64,000 bases of DNA from IMG/VR virus record IMGVR_UViG_3300020714_000006, one strand, 5' to 3'. The notes under the pieces are model-generated. The model was not told where the DNA came from and searched no databases. It saw nothing but the letters and a program-made list of their open reading frames with translations. Shown one piece after another: positions 37,564 to 45,875 of the stretch. Each line of letters starts with the position of its first letter. The first letter of the stretch is position 1. Origin of the DNA: a virus. Lineage: Duplodnaviria > Heunggongvirae > Uroviricota > Caudoviricetes. The position numbers were made by a program, and so were the translations under genes.

Positions 37564-37943
37564 TTGATAGAGATGATTTAACTAAAGTTTTTCTTAAAAA
37601 TTGGGGCAAGAGCACCGATGAAGCAAATTTGCAATTTTATTCTAGGGAATGGTGGGTATCTAATAGAAATAAATCTTTTAGATTAACCCCTATTGGTCTG
37701 GAGTTTTTAACAAAAACTTTAGAATTAAAACCTTACACAATTCCATTTACAGAAAGTATTGACAAGAGTCCGCAAACAATGATATACTTGTCTCGCTTTA
37801 TTGATTCACCGTTTTATTTAACAAATAATAATATTACGGTGTTTTCAGAAATTAAGAGTTTTGAATTACATTTATTTTCAGATGATATTAGAAAATATGG
37901 TATAATAAAATCTCTTAATCATAGAAAAAATTATTTAAAATAG
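37560..37943 (+). CDS. Hypothetical protein
   Basis: ATGA overlap. Confidence 0.7.
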   Translation: MIDRDDLTKVFLKNWGKSTDEANLQFYSREWWVSNRNKSFRLTPIGLEFLTKTLELKPYTIPFTESIDKSPQTMIYLSRFIDSPFYLTNNNITVFSEIKSFELHLFSDDIRKYGIIKSLNHRKNYLK

Positions 37944-37946
37944 TAG

Positions 37947-37975
37947 TTGACAACCTTTAAATAACATAGTAAAAT
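37947..37975 (+). promoter_or_regulatory. sigma70-type early promoter
   Basis: TTGACA-N17-TAAAAT. Confidence 0.7.
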
Positions 37976-38026
37976 ACACACTTAGTTAGACAATTTAATT
38001 TTAACCACAACACAGAGAGTAACACA

Positions 38027-39112
38027 ATGAGTGAACATCGCGCAGTAGGTCCTAAATCAGCTAAAAAAGCAATCGTTAAAGCTTTAAAAGTTAAGCGTCC
38101 AATTTTCATCTGGGGTCCTCCAGGTATTGGTAAATCAGATTTGATCAAACAAATTGGAGAAGATGCTCCAAATGATTTGGTGATTGATGTTCGTTTATCA
38201 TTATGGGATCCAACTGATATTAAAGGTGTACCATACTTTGATGAAAATTCTGGTACAATGAAATGGGCACCACCATCTGAATTACCAGGTATGGAATTTG
38301 CTACACAATACGATAGAATTATTTTATTCTTAGATGAGATGAATTCAGCTGCACCATCTGTTCAATCAGCTGCATATCAGTTGGTATTGAATCGTAAAGT
38401 TGGTACATACCATTTACCAGATAATGTTGTTATCGTAGCTGCTGGTAATCGTGAAGGCGATAAAGGTGTAACATATCGTATGCCAGCACCATTATCTAAT
38501 CGTTTTATCCATGTTGAAATGGAACATAAATTTGACGATTGGTTTGAATGGGCAACTGAAAACAAAATTCATAAAGATATTGTGGGTTTCTTGAACTGGT
38601 CTAAAGCTGATTTATATAGTTTTGACCCAAAATCAAGTTCACGTGCATTCTCAACACCACGTTCTTGGTCATTTGTTAGCGAATTGTTAACTGAAAATGA
38701 TTGTGATGATGAAACATTGATGACTTTAATGTCAGGTTCTGTTGGTGAAGGTGTTGCATTAAAATTTGGTGCTTACCAAAAGTTATCTGGTAAAATGCCA
38801 AACCCAACTGATATCTTAAAAGGTAAAGTTACTAAACTTGACTATAAAGAAATCTCAGCAATGTATTCATTGACAGTTGGGTTATGCTATGAATTAAAAG
38901 ACGGTGCAGACCGTAAAGACAAAGATTGGAATGATCAAGTTAACCACTTCTTCCAATTTATGATGGATAACTTTGAAACTGAGTTAGTAATTATGGGTAC
39001 CAAAATTGCATTGGCTACTTATAAATTACCATTAGATGTCGATGAAATTAAATGCTTCATGGATTTCCATAAACGTTACGGAAAATATATATCGCAAGCT
39101 ACTGATAATTAA
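38027..39112 (+). CDS. MoxR-like AAA+ ATPase
   Basis: GPPGIGKS, LFLDEMN, AAGN, PLSNRF, TPRSW. Confidence 0.9.
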   Translation: MSEHRAVGPKSAKKAIVKALKVKRPIFIWGPPGIGKSDLIKQIGEDAPNDLVIDVRLSLWDPTDIKGVPYFDENSGTMKWAPPSELPGMEFATQYDRIILFLDEMNSAAPSVQSAAYQLVLNRKVGTYHLPDNVVIVAAGNREGDKGVTYRMPAPLSNRFIHVEMEHKFDDWFEWATENKIHKDIVGFLNWSKADLYSFDPKSSSRAFSTPRSWSFVSELLTENDCDDETLMTLMSGSVGEGVALKFGAYQKLSGKMPNPTDILKGKVTKLDYKEISAMYSLTVGLCYELKDGADRKDKDWNDQVNHFFQFMMDNFETELVIMGTKIALATYKLPLDVDEIKCFMDFHKRYGKYISQATDN

Positions 39113-39120
39113 GGAGTTTT

Positions 39121-39160
39121 TTAAACAGGTATTATTGAACTAATACCTGTTTAATTTCTT
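39121..39160. terminator. Hairpin between convergent genes
   Basis: ttaaacaggtatta-ttgaac-taatacctgtttaa-tttctt. Confidence 0.65.
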
Positions 39161-39165
39161 ATTAC

Positions 39166-40122
39166 TTATCCCAATATCCAAAATTCATGGGAGTATCCAG
39201 CATCGATACTCCCTTTATGTTTTGCAGCATTCTTTGAAACCCATTCTTCCTTTCCAGAATATGTCCATGTAGACTTAACTTCTATTATTCTTTTTTCATG
39301 TGGTATTACGATATCAGGATGGTATATATGCCATTTATCATCACCAATACCATCATCAGCAGGCCAGAAATATGGTATAGATGGTCTATTTCTTAATAGC
39401 AATTCCTCTTCTTTATAACCAGATTCCAATAATAAATCTAGTGCTCTTGGTTCATATCCTTGAACATTTACGGTATTCCCTGATGGAAATGTATAAACTT
39501 TATTGCTATTAGTAACTTGGTTATCTATATATGCAACAGTTTGAGTATAATACGCAGCTCCAAATAGTTTGATATTCGTTTCTTCACGTTTTTTAGTTAT
39601 TTTCAATCTAGTTTCTAGATCTCTTTTCTTACCAGAAATCTTTATTTGGTTAGAAAAATCTTTTGTTAATTGGTATCTTTCCACGCCATACGTCTCAATA
39701 CATTTTGATTTAATCTTATCTTTACCATATTTCGATGAGTATAAGTTTTCAGAACCGAATAATTTCATGCATGTATTTTTTCTTATTGCCAAGGTATCTG
39801 GATCGTTGCCAGCACATTTTGCACCACACCATTTTGGAAATGTATTGCCTATTGTTCTAAAATTATGAATTTCATTATTGCACATTTTGCAATAATGGTG
39901 TCCCCAATCATCATTGATTATTCGGTAATAAATTTCTTTTGGACTATATCCTTGTTTATGATATAATAAATTATGTTTTTCAAATAATTGTCTAAATTTC
40001 ATATTAGTAACTGATGGATTTAGATTTATGCTACTTTCAAATGCATCTATTAACGATTTGGATAGTGATGGGTTTTGTGATAAAATTTTATGTATGCCAA
40101 GCATACTTGGATAAATATTCAT
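39166..40122 (-). CDS. PD-(D/E)xK homing-type endonuclease
   Basis: CxxC..CxxxC, repeated (T/L)(Y/F)G motifs, VQGYE...YHPDI...IIEVKS. Confidence 0.75.
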   Translation of the reverse strand: MNIYPSMLGIHKILSQNPSLSKSLIDAFESSINLNPSVTNMKFRQLFEKHNLLYHKQGYSPKEIYYRIINDDWGHHYCKMCNNEIHNFRTIGNTFPKWCGAKCAGNDPDTLAIRKNTCMKLFGSENLYSSKYGKDKIKSKCIETYGVERYQLTKDFSNQIKISGKKRDLETRLKITKKREETNIKLFGAAYYTQTVAYIDNQVTNSNKVYTFPSGNTVNVQGYEPRALDLLLESGYKEEELLLRNRPSIPYFWPADDGIGDDKWHIYHPDIVIPHEKRIIEVKSTWTYSGKEEWVSKNAAKHKGSIDAGYSHEFWILG

Positions 40123-40202
40123 GTTGATACTCCTTGTAAGTATTAAAGTAGTTGGGACGGCAATCCGCGAACTACGTCTTTATTTATCATTTCTTCTTGA
40201 CA
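40110..40202 (+). ncRNA. Endonuclease leader cassette copy 4 (near-identical to copy 3)
   Basis: About 5 differences from 33961-34052; same two hairpins. Confidence 0.65.
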
Positions 40203-40225
40203 TACCAATAAAACCCCGGTATAAT
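40197..40225 (+). promoter_or_regulatory. sigma70-type early promoter
   Basis: TTGACA-N17-TATAAT. Confidence 0.8.
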
Positions 40226-40269
40226 ACAACTTTTCAACCAAACAACTTCAATCAAACATAGGAAATAAA

Positions 40270-41487
40270 ATGTCAGATCCAGTTTTAGATAAAATTATAG
40301 ATAATATTATTATCGCGCGTGTAGGTCTTCTACTACGTCATCCATTCTTTGGTAATTTAGCAACTCGTTTAATTATTAAAGAAGGTGGTGAATGGTGTAA
40401 AACTGCGGCAACAGAAGGTAGACACATATTCTTTAATAAAGAATTCTTTGCTCCATTAACTGTTAAACAAATTGAGTTTGTATTAGCTCACGAAATTCTT
40501 CATAACGCATTTGACCATATGGGTCGTCGTGAAGGTCGTCATCCAAAACTATTTAATTTTTCGGCTGATTATTGTGTAAACGGCCAAATTGTTCGTGATA
40601 AAATTGGTGATCATAACATCCCAGGCATTCAAATTCTACATGATACACAATATTATGGCATGGGTGCTGAAGAAATATATGATCTTCTAAAAGATAAAAA
40701 TGACGAAATGTTAGATCAATTAGGTGAACTATTAGACCAACATTTTGATTGGGAGTCATCAGATGGTGATAGTGATGGTGATGGTTCTGGAAATGGTAGT
40801 GGTAGACCAGTTTACACACAAGAAGAATTACGCCAAATCCGTGATGAAGTTCGTGAAGCAGTAATGACAGCTGCACAAGCCGCTGGCGCAGGTAGTACAC
40901 CAGGTTTGATTCAACGAATGATTAAAGATCTTACCGAACCTAAAATGAATTGGCGTGAAATTTTACAACAACAAATTCAAAGTGTAATTAAAGATGATTA
41001 TACTTGGATGCGTCCAAATAAAAAAGCATGGCATTTATCAGCAGTATTACCAGGTTCTAGTCTTCGTGATACCATTGATATTGTAGTTGCTATTGATATG
41101 TCTGGTTCTATTGGGGATGACCAAGCTAGAGACTTTATGAGTGAAATTAAGGGTATTATGCAACAATACCAAGATTTTAAAATTAAAGTATTTTGCTTTG
41201 ATACACAAGTATATAACGAAGCTGATTTTGATGGATATAACATCGATGATTTTGATTTCTACCAACCTATGGGTGGTGGTGGAACCGACTTCATGTGTGT
41301 GTGGGATTATATGAAAGAAAAAGAAATACAGCCGAGTAGACTACTTTTCTTTACTGATATGTATCCATGTGGATCTTGGGGCGACGAATCTTATTGCGAA
41401 ACTATATTTGTTGCTCATGGAACGACTACAATAGAAGCTCCATTTGGTACAACTTGTTATTATGAGTTTAGTAATCAAACTGCTTGA
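40270..41487 (+). CDS. Metallopeptidase-VWA protein (MoxR partner)
   Basis: HEILH, DMSGS MIDAS, GGGTDF, FFTD. Confidence 0.88.
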   Translation: MSDPVLDKIIDNIIIARVGLLLRHPFFGNLATRLIIKEGGEWCKTAATEGRHIFFNKEFFAPLTVKQIEFVLAHEILHNAFDHMGRREGRHPKLFNFSADYCVNGQIVRDKIGDHNIPGIQILHDTQYYGMGAEEIYDLLKDKNDEMLDQLGELLDQHFDWESSDGDSDGDGSGNGSGRPVYTQEELRQIRDEVREAVMTAAQAAGAGSTPGLIQRMIKDLTEPKMNWREILQQQIQSVIKDDYTWMRPNKKAWHLSAVLPGSSLRDTIDIVVAIDMSGSIGDDQARDFMSEIKGIMQQYQDFKIKVFCFDTQVYNEADFDGYNIDDFDFYQPMGGGGTDFMCVWDYMKEKEIQPSRLLFFTDMYPCGSWGDESYCETIFVAHGTTTIEAPFGTTCYYEFSNQTA

Positions 41488-42248
41488 TTATAATCTTCGT
41501 ATAATTGTTCAATTGTCTTACCGGAAGCATAAAACTTCCGGTAATTATCTTTAGCACTAATTAATTGCAAATTGGATATATCTGATACAACATTTATTGG
41601 AACATTATTTATAAACCCATCACTTACGCTATAAATATGGTCAATATGCCAGTCTTTTCCACGTTTATTTTCTGGGTCTAAAATATGTTTGTTCCTTTTG
41701 TATTGTGTATTTAAGTATTGCTGACATTTTTTTCTATACTCTATTCTAGATAGCCCATCGGAAGTAAAGTTTTTATCTTTATATAGTTGATTCCAATAAT
41801 CTGTTCTTTTTTCAGAAAGTAAGTTTTTAATTTCTTTAGATTTTGAAACATTGTCCACACCATATTTTTCAATAGATAATTGTTTCTTTTTATCTTTTAC
41901 AGATTGAAGTTGGCTAGAATTTTCTACACCTATCAATGATTTCATATCTAACATAGAACATCGTTGTGAGCAATATCTATAATATTGTTTATCTTTACTG
42001 CTATATAATACTTGGTTATCACATATATTACATTTTGGTCTACTTGTGATATCATTTGTGTAGCAAAATAATTGTTCAGTAAATGTTGTGTTTAATAAAA
42101 ATGATGTTTTTGTACATATATCAGAATATATGTCAAAATTATGATTCTTAATATAATTAAGACGGTGAGAATGATATATTTTATCTGCACCAATTGATTT
42201 TAAAAAATCAAGAACTTTTTGAAATGAATAAATATAATTACTGGACAT
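41475..42248 (-). CDS. HNH homing endonuclease
   Basis: WHIDHIYS...NLQLI...N; probable start MSSNY at 42248 after AAGGAGG. Confidence 0.8.
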   Translation of the reverse strand: MSSNYIYSFQKVLDFLKSIGADKIYHSHRLNYIKNHNFDIYSDICTKTSFLLNTTFTEQLFCYTNDITSRPKCNICDNQVLYSSKDKQYYRYCSQRCSMLDMKSLIGVENSSQLQSVKDKKKQLSIEKYGVDNVSKSKEIKNLLSEKRTDYWNQLYKDKNFTSDGLSRIEYRKKCQQYLNTQYKRNKHILDPENKRGKDWHIDHIYSVSDGFINNVPINVVSDISNLQLISAKDNYRKFYASGKTIEQLYEDYNQAV

Positions 42249-42340
42249 AATGAACCTCCTTGGTAAATTGTTAGAATGTCTAGAGTAGTTGGGAACGCCA
42301 ATTCCGTGAACTACATCTTTATTTATCATTTCCATTGACA
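42227..42340 (+). ncRNA. Endonuclease leader cassette copy 5 (candidate antisense RNA)
   Basis: AATAAATA-6nt-CTGGACAT..ACC tcctt GGT..ATGTCTAG-a-GTAGTT g GGAA cgccaa TTCC gtg AACTAC-5nt-TATTTATC..TTGACA. Confidence 0.6.
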
Positions 42341-42363
42341 ATCTCCATAAACTGTAGTATAAT
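42335..42363 (+). promoter_or_regulatory. sigma70-type early promoter
   Basis: TTGACA-N17-TATAAT. Confidence 0.8.
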
Positions 42364-42392
42364 ATAATTTTTAATCACAGAAAAAAACACAT

Positions 42393-42692
42393 ATGAAAAT
42401 TAAAGATAGTCAAGAATTGGTAGTAGTTATGCCAGCTAGAGATCGATTTTGGCACTTAACAGCTGGTGAAATACGTAGTTGGCCTAGACCAGACATAATT
42501 CACGATAGTATATTTGATGCCTTAGGTAGATTAGAGGGATTGCTAGATATAGGGTGTTATTCTACATATATTGCAGTAAAAAATGCTAAACATACTGGAT
42601 ATATAGACGGTGAACAAGCCATGATGGTGCTGGCAATGCCAGAAGACCCATTATTAAAAAAACATAAAGAAGAAGAACTGGAAGAGATGTAA
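42393..42692 (+). CDS. Hypothetical protein
   Basis: ORF directly after a promoter. Confidence 0.65.
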   Translation: MKIKDSQELVVVMPARDRFWHLTAGEIRSWPRPDIIHDSIFDALGRLEGLLDIGCYSTYIAVKNAKHTGYIDGEQAMMVLAMPEDPLLKKHKEEELEEM

Positions 42693-42979
42693 TGGCATTA
42701 AAGAACGGTGTTCCTAATCCGTTAGATTATTTTGAATTGCGACGAGTTGAATATGCTTGTCCGCAATTCAAGTATTTCACGATTAACAAATATAGCCCAT
42801 CATTAACTAAAATAATTAATGAGTGGATCATAAAAAACTTAAATAGTAGATATTATATTGGGCAAGGAATAACTCTTGACAATAGTAATACAATAGTGTA
42901 TAATACACGCATTGGATTTGAAAATGAATCTGAAATATCATATTTCATCATTGCGTGTCCACATATTCATGTACAATAA
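42692..42979 (+). CDS. Hypothetical protein
   Basis: TAATG coupling; contains TTGACA-N17-TATAAT at 42876-42904. Confidence 0.7.
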   Translation: MALKNGVPNPLDYFELRRVEYACPQFKYFTINKYSPSLTKIINEWIIKNLNSRYYIGQGITLDNSNTIVYNTRIGFENESEISYFIIACPHIHVQ

Positions 42980-42999
42980 ACATATCATAAGGAGATAAT

Positions 43000-43260
43000 A
43001 TGACAAAAGAAGTAGAACAAGAAGTAACTCAAGAAGTAGAACAAGAAGTAACACAAGAAGCAGAGCAACAATCTGATGGTCTTAATATTAATGATTTAAA
43101 TACATTAAGAGCAATTATTGATCTTGCAAGTTCACGTGGTGCTTTTAAACCTGCTGAAATGACTGCAGTAGGAACTGCCTATAATAAGTTAAATAACTTC
43201 TTAGAGCAAGTTGCTAAACAATCAGAATCAGAATCAGCATCAGCTGGGACTGAAGAATAA
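43000..43260 (+). CDS. Hypothetical acidic protein with EVEQEVTQ repeats
   Basis: SD AAGGAG. Confidence 0.75.
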   Translation: MTKEVEQEVTQEVEQEVTQEAEQQSDGLNINDLNTLRAIIDLASSRGAFKPAEMTAVGTAYNKLNNFLEQVAKQSESESASAGTEE

Positions 43261-43892
43261 TGAACGAAATTAAACATATTGGTAGAATTATTGCAACCGG
43301 TAAGAAATGCATAATTGCCTATAGAACATTACCAGGTGATGCATATAATTGTTTAATTATACCAACTGAAAGTTTACCAGATGTATTCCATGATGCATTG
43401 ATTAATTTAGTTGAAAGTAATACTGGACAATCTTCTTACGAGTTTGCAGAAGCATTAGCTAGAACTAATTTTCCAGATGGCAGTATCATGCTATCAGCAT
43501 TGCATACACAAAACAAAATGATTAAAGTTGCTACAGACAAAATTGAAATGTTACCAAGACCTGGTGTTTCAATTGTTCTGTCAGAATTAAATCAAGTTAT
43601 TGCTGAACAACGTGGAATTCCAGTTGATGAATTAGCAATTAAACCATCTGATAAAAGAGAAGAACCTGCAGTAAAACCACCTGTTGAAGTTCCAGTAGAT
43701 GATGTTACTAAAACTACATCAGCTAGTGTAAATTCTGAAGTGGTTGCATCATTTGATGAAACTGATCCGATAGCTACTGCTAAACATTATCGTTCACAAG
43801 CTGATAAATTAGCTAAAGAAGCCGCAAATTTTCGTAGATTAGCAGAAGATTTAGTTCCTACCGTTAAAAAGAAGGCAAAAGAAAAAGTATGA
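43260..43892 (+). CDS. Hypothetical protein
   Basis: TAATG coupling. Confidence 0.75.
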   Translation: MNEIKHIGRIIATGKKCIIAYRTLPGDAYNCLIIPTESLPDVFHDALINLVESNTGQSSYEFAEALARTNFPDGSIMLSALHTQNKMIKVATDKIEMLPRPGVSIVLSELNQVIAEQRGIPVDELAIKPSDKREEPAVKPPVEVPVDDVTKTTSASVNSEVVASFDETDPIATAKHYRSQADKLAKEAANFRRLAEDLVPTVKKKAKEKV

Positions 43893-44206
43893 TTGGTGGC
43901 AAAAAATCACTTCCATCTGAAGTGATTGATGCCTGGCCAGAAGTATTCAATGAGGTGACATTAAACGTGTTGCCTCTAGAGTATGTTCGTACAGTCCTCA
44001 TTAATTTCAAGGATGGAAAAACATGGGAAATTAGTGTAACGCCAACTACGCGAAGTAAAATGGTAGAATTTGAAAAAGGACTTTCAGAAATCTTAAGATC
44101 ATACGAAGACCATATTCAAGAAGTTGATGTAAAAATCAATACAAAAAAAGTTCGACGGGATGTTGAAAAATCAATAAAAACAATGTTAAGGAAGATAAAA
44201 TTATGA
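43889..44206 (+). CDS. Hypothetical protein
   Basis: ATGA overlap. Confidence 0.7.
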   Translation: MIGGKKSLPSEVIDAWPEVFNEVTLNVLPLEYVRTVLINFKDGKTWEISVTPTTRSKMVEFEKGLSEILRSYEDHIQEVDVKINTKKVRRDVEKSIKTMLRKIKL

Positions 44207-44955
44207 CAGCAAAACTTGTATCATATTCACAACCAACAGAAGAATTTGCTGAACTTGGAATAAAAGATGCTCAAGATTTAATTGCATTTTGTGCAAGAGT
44301 TTCAAACCCTTCTAATCAGTTTAATACCGAAACAAGTGATAAACTAATTAGATACCTTATAAAACACAAACACTTTAGTCCACTTGAAATGGTAAGTGCT
44401 TGTATCGAAGTAACTACTACACGCGACATTGCTAGACAACTTCTTAGACATCGCAGTTTTAGCTTTCAAGAATTTAGTCAACGATATGCAGATCCAATAA
44501 AAGATCTAAATTTTGTAATTCGTCAACCTAGATTACAAGATACAAAAAATAGACAAAATTCAATAGAATTGGATTTATCATTAGATTATCATCGTGATAT
44601 TGCAAAGATATGGGAAGAAAAACAGCATTATATTATTAATTCATCAAGAGATGCATATAATTGGGCAATTTCAAATGGAATTGCAAAAGAACAAGCACGT
44701 GTTGTTCTACCAGAAGGACTAATAGAAAGTAAATTATATGTCAATGGAACAATTAGAAGTTGGATTCACTTTATTGAAGTTAGAACAGAAGAATCTACTC
44801 AAAAAGAACATCGTGAATTAGCATTGGAATGTGCTAAAGCAATCTCTAACATATTCCCAATGGCTGACGAATACGTTTATAAAAAACCAGAACCATTGAT
44901 AGAACCTAAAAAAGTTTCATGGTTCAACCGATTTATTATGATATTTAAAAGATAG
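44203..44955 (+). CDS. thyX: Flavin-dependent thymidylate synthase
   Basis: H.SPLE, RHRSFSFQEFSQRY, KEQAR.VLP. Confidence 0.95.
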   Translation: MTAKLVSYSQPTEEFAELGIKDAQDLIAFCARVSNPSNQFNTETSDKLIRYLIKHKHFSPLEMVSACIEVTTTRDIARQLLRHRSFSFQEFSQRYADPIKDLNFVIRQPRLQDTKNRQNSIELDLSLDYHRDIAKIWEEKQHYIINSSRDAYNWAISNGIAKEQARVVLPEGLIESKLYVNGTIRSWIHFIEVRTEESTQKEHRELALECAKAISNIFPMADEYVYKKPEPLIEPKKVSWFNRFIMIFKR

Positions 44956-44958
44956 TTC

Positions 44959-44987
44959 AAAAATGCCGGGCTTTTCCCGGCATTTTT
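44959..44987. terminator. Bidirectional intrinsic terminator
   Basis: aaaaatgccggg-ctttt-cccggcattttt between convergent blocks. Confidence 0.85.
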
Positions 44988-45008
44988 GTGTTAGGTTGCA
45001 GCTAAAAT

Positions 45009-45311
45009 TTATTCTTTGTTGTAATCATTTGGAGTACCACTTGATTTTTTAAGAATATTAAATATTCTAGTATTATCTTCAAGCGCCATCAATTCGTGTG
45101 GCTCACCCACCCGAAAATCAATTAATTGACCAGCGGTAGCAATCTGTTCCCAGTCATGACTATAAGCTTTAAGCATCCCTCTAGTTACAATAGTAACATG
45201 TATGTTATCTTCTGTATGCACATGCTTAGGTAGAATATCACCTGCAAATTGAAAATCGTACATCGTTCCTTTTAAATCTCCAAGATTTTCTAGTGTTTTA
45301 GCCAATAACAT
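45009..45311 (-). CDS. Cupin-domain protein
   Basis: LPKHVH....HVT.V..G and GEPHEL.ALED. Confidence 0.75.
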   Translation of the reverse strand: MLLAKTLENLGDLKGTMYDFQFAGDILPKHVHTEDNIHVTIVTRGMLKAYSHDWEQIATAGQLIDFRVGEPHELMALEDNTRIFNILKKSSGTPNDYNKE

Positions 45312-45831
45312 TTGGTGCGCTTCCTGAATTTGAAATTGAAATCCAATTACCTTTTTCATCTTTAACTGGTGTTTCTGGTAAATTGGATGCAGAAGATGGG
45401 TTAATAATAGTAAAGTTTTTTAATTGATCAATATATTTTTGCCAAACTAATTTATCTTCATCAGTTGATTGTGTTAATTCATTTTGTGCAACATCTATAT
45501 TTCTATTAATAGTTTGTTGTATTAATTCAGTTTGGTTAAATGTTGCAGTATCAATTTCATTTTGTTTTATATCAATTTCATCTTGTGTCATATCACGTAG
45601 ATAGTAACTATCTTCATATGTTTTACCATCTACACCTAAGATATATTTTGATTCTAACACTTGAAAAGTGCCAACTGTCATTTCATCTTGAGTTGGTCTT
45701 GGTAATCTATTAAAAGGTGCAAATGCAGTTGTATTATTTAAATCAATACAAGAAAATGCCTGCATTATATTCTCTCCATATAATGGATGGTTGACCGGGT
45801 TACCGTTTTCAAGTTTTATATATAAATTCAT
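45298..45831 (-). CDS. Tail fibre assembly-like protein
   Basis: Follows the fibre gene; W..Y...L...P C-terminal motif; start uncertain. Confidence 0.55.
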   Translation of the reverse strand: MNLYIKLENGNPVNHPLYGENIMQAFSCIDLNNTTAFAPFNRLPRPTQDEMTVGTFQVLESKYILGVDGKTYEDSYYLRDMTQDEIDIKQNEIDTATFNQTELIQQTINRNIDVAQNELTQSTDEDKLVWQKYIDQLKNFTIINPSSASNLPETPVKDEKGNWISISNSGSAPNVIG

Positions 45832-45875
45832 ATTATTCTCCATTAACATTGTAGCGTATTATATTTTCTGATAAT

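Noticed and set aside
33961-42340. CRISPR array or IS ends from the repeated 90-bp element
   Set aside because: Copies are kilobases apart with no spacers; no cas or transposase gene is present.
42249-42341. N-terminal extensions of track ORFs 41475..42341 and 14079..14891
   Set aside because: They translate the leader cassette; SD sequences support starts at 42248 and 14834.
43006-43068. 24-nt tandem repeat EVEQEVTQ
   Set aside because: Ordinary low-complexity coding expansion.
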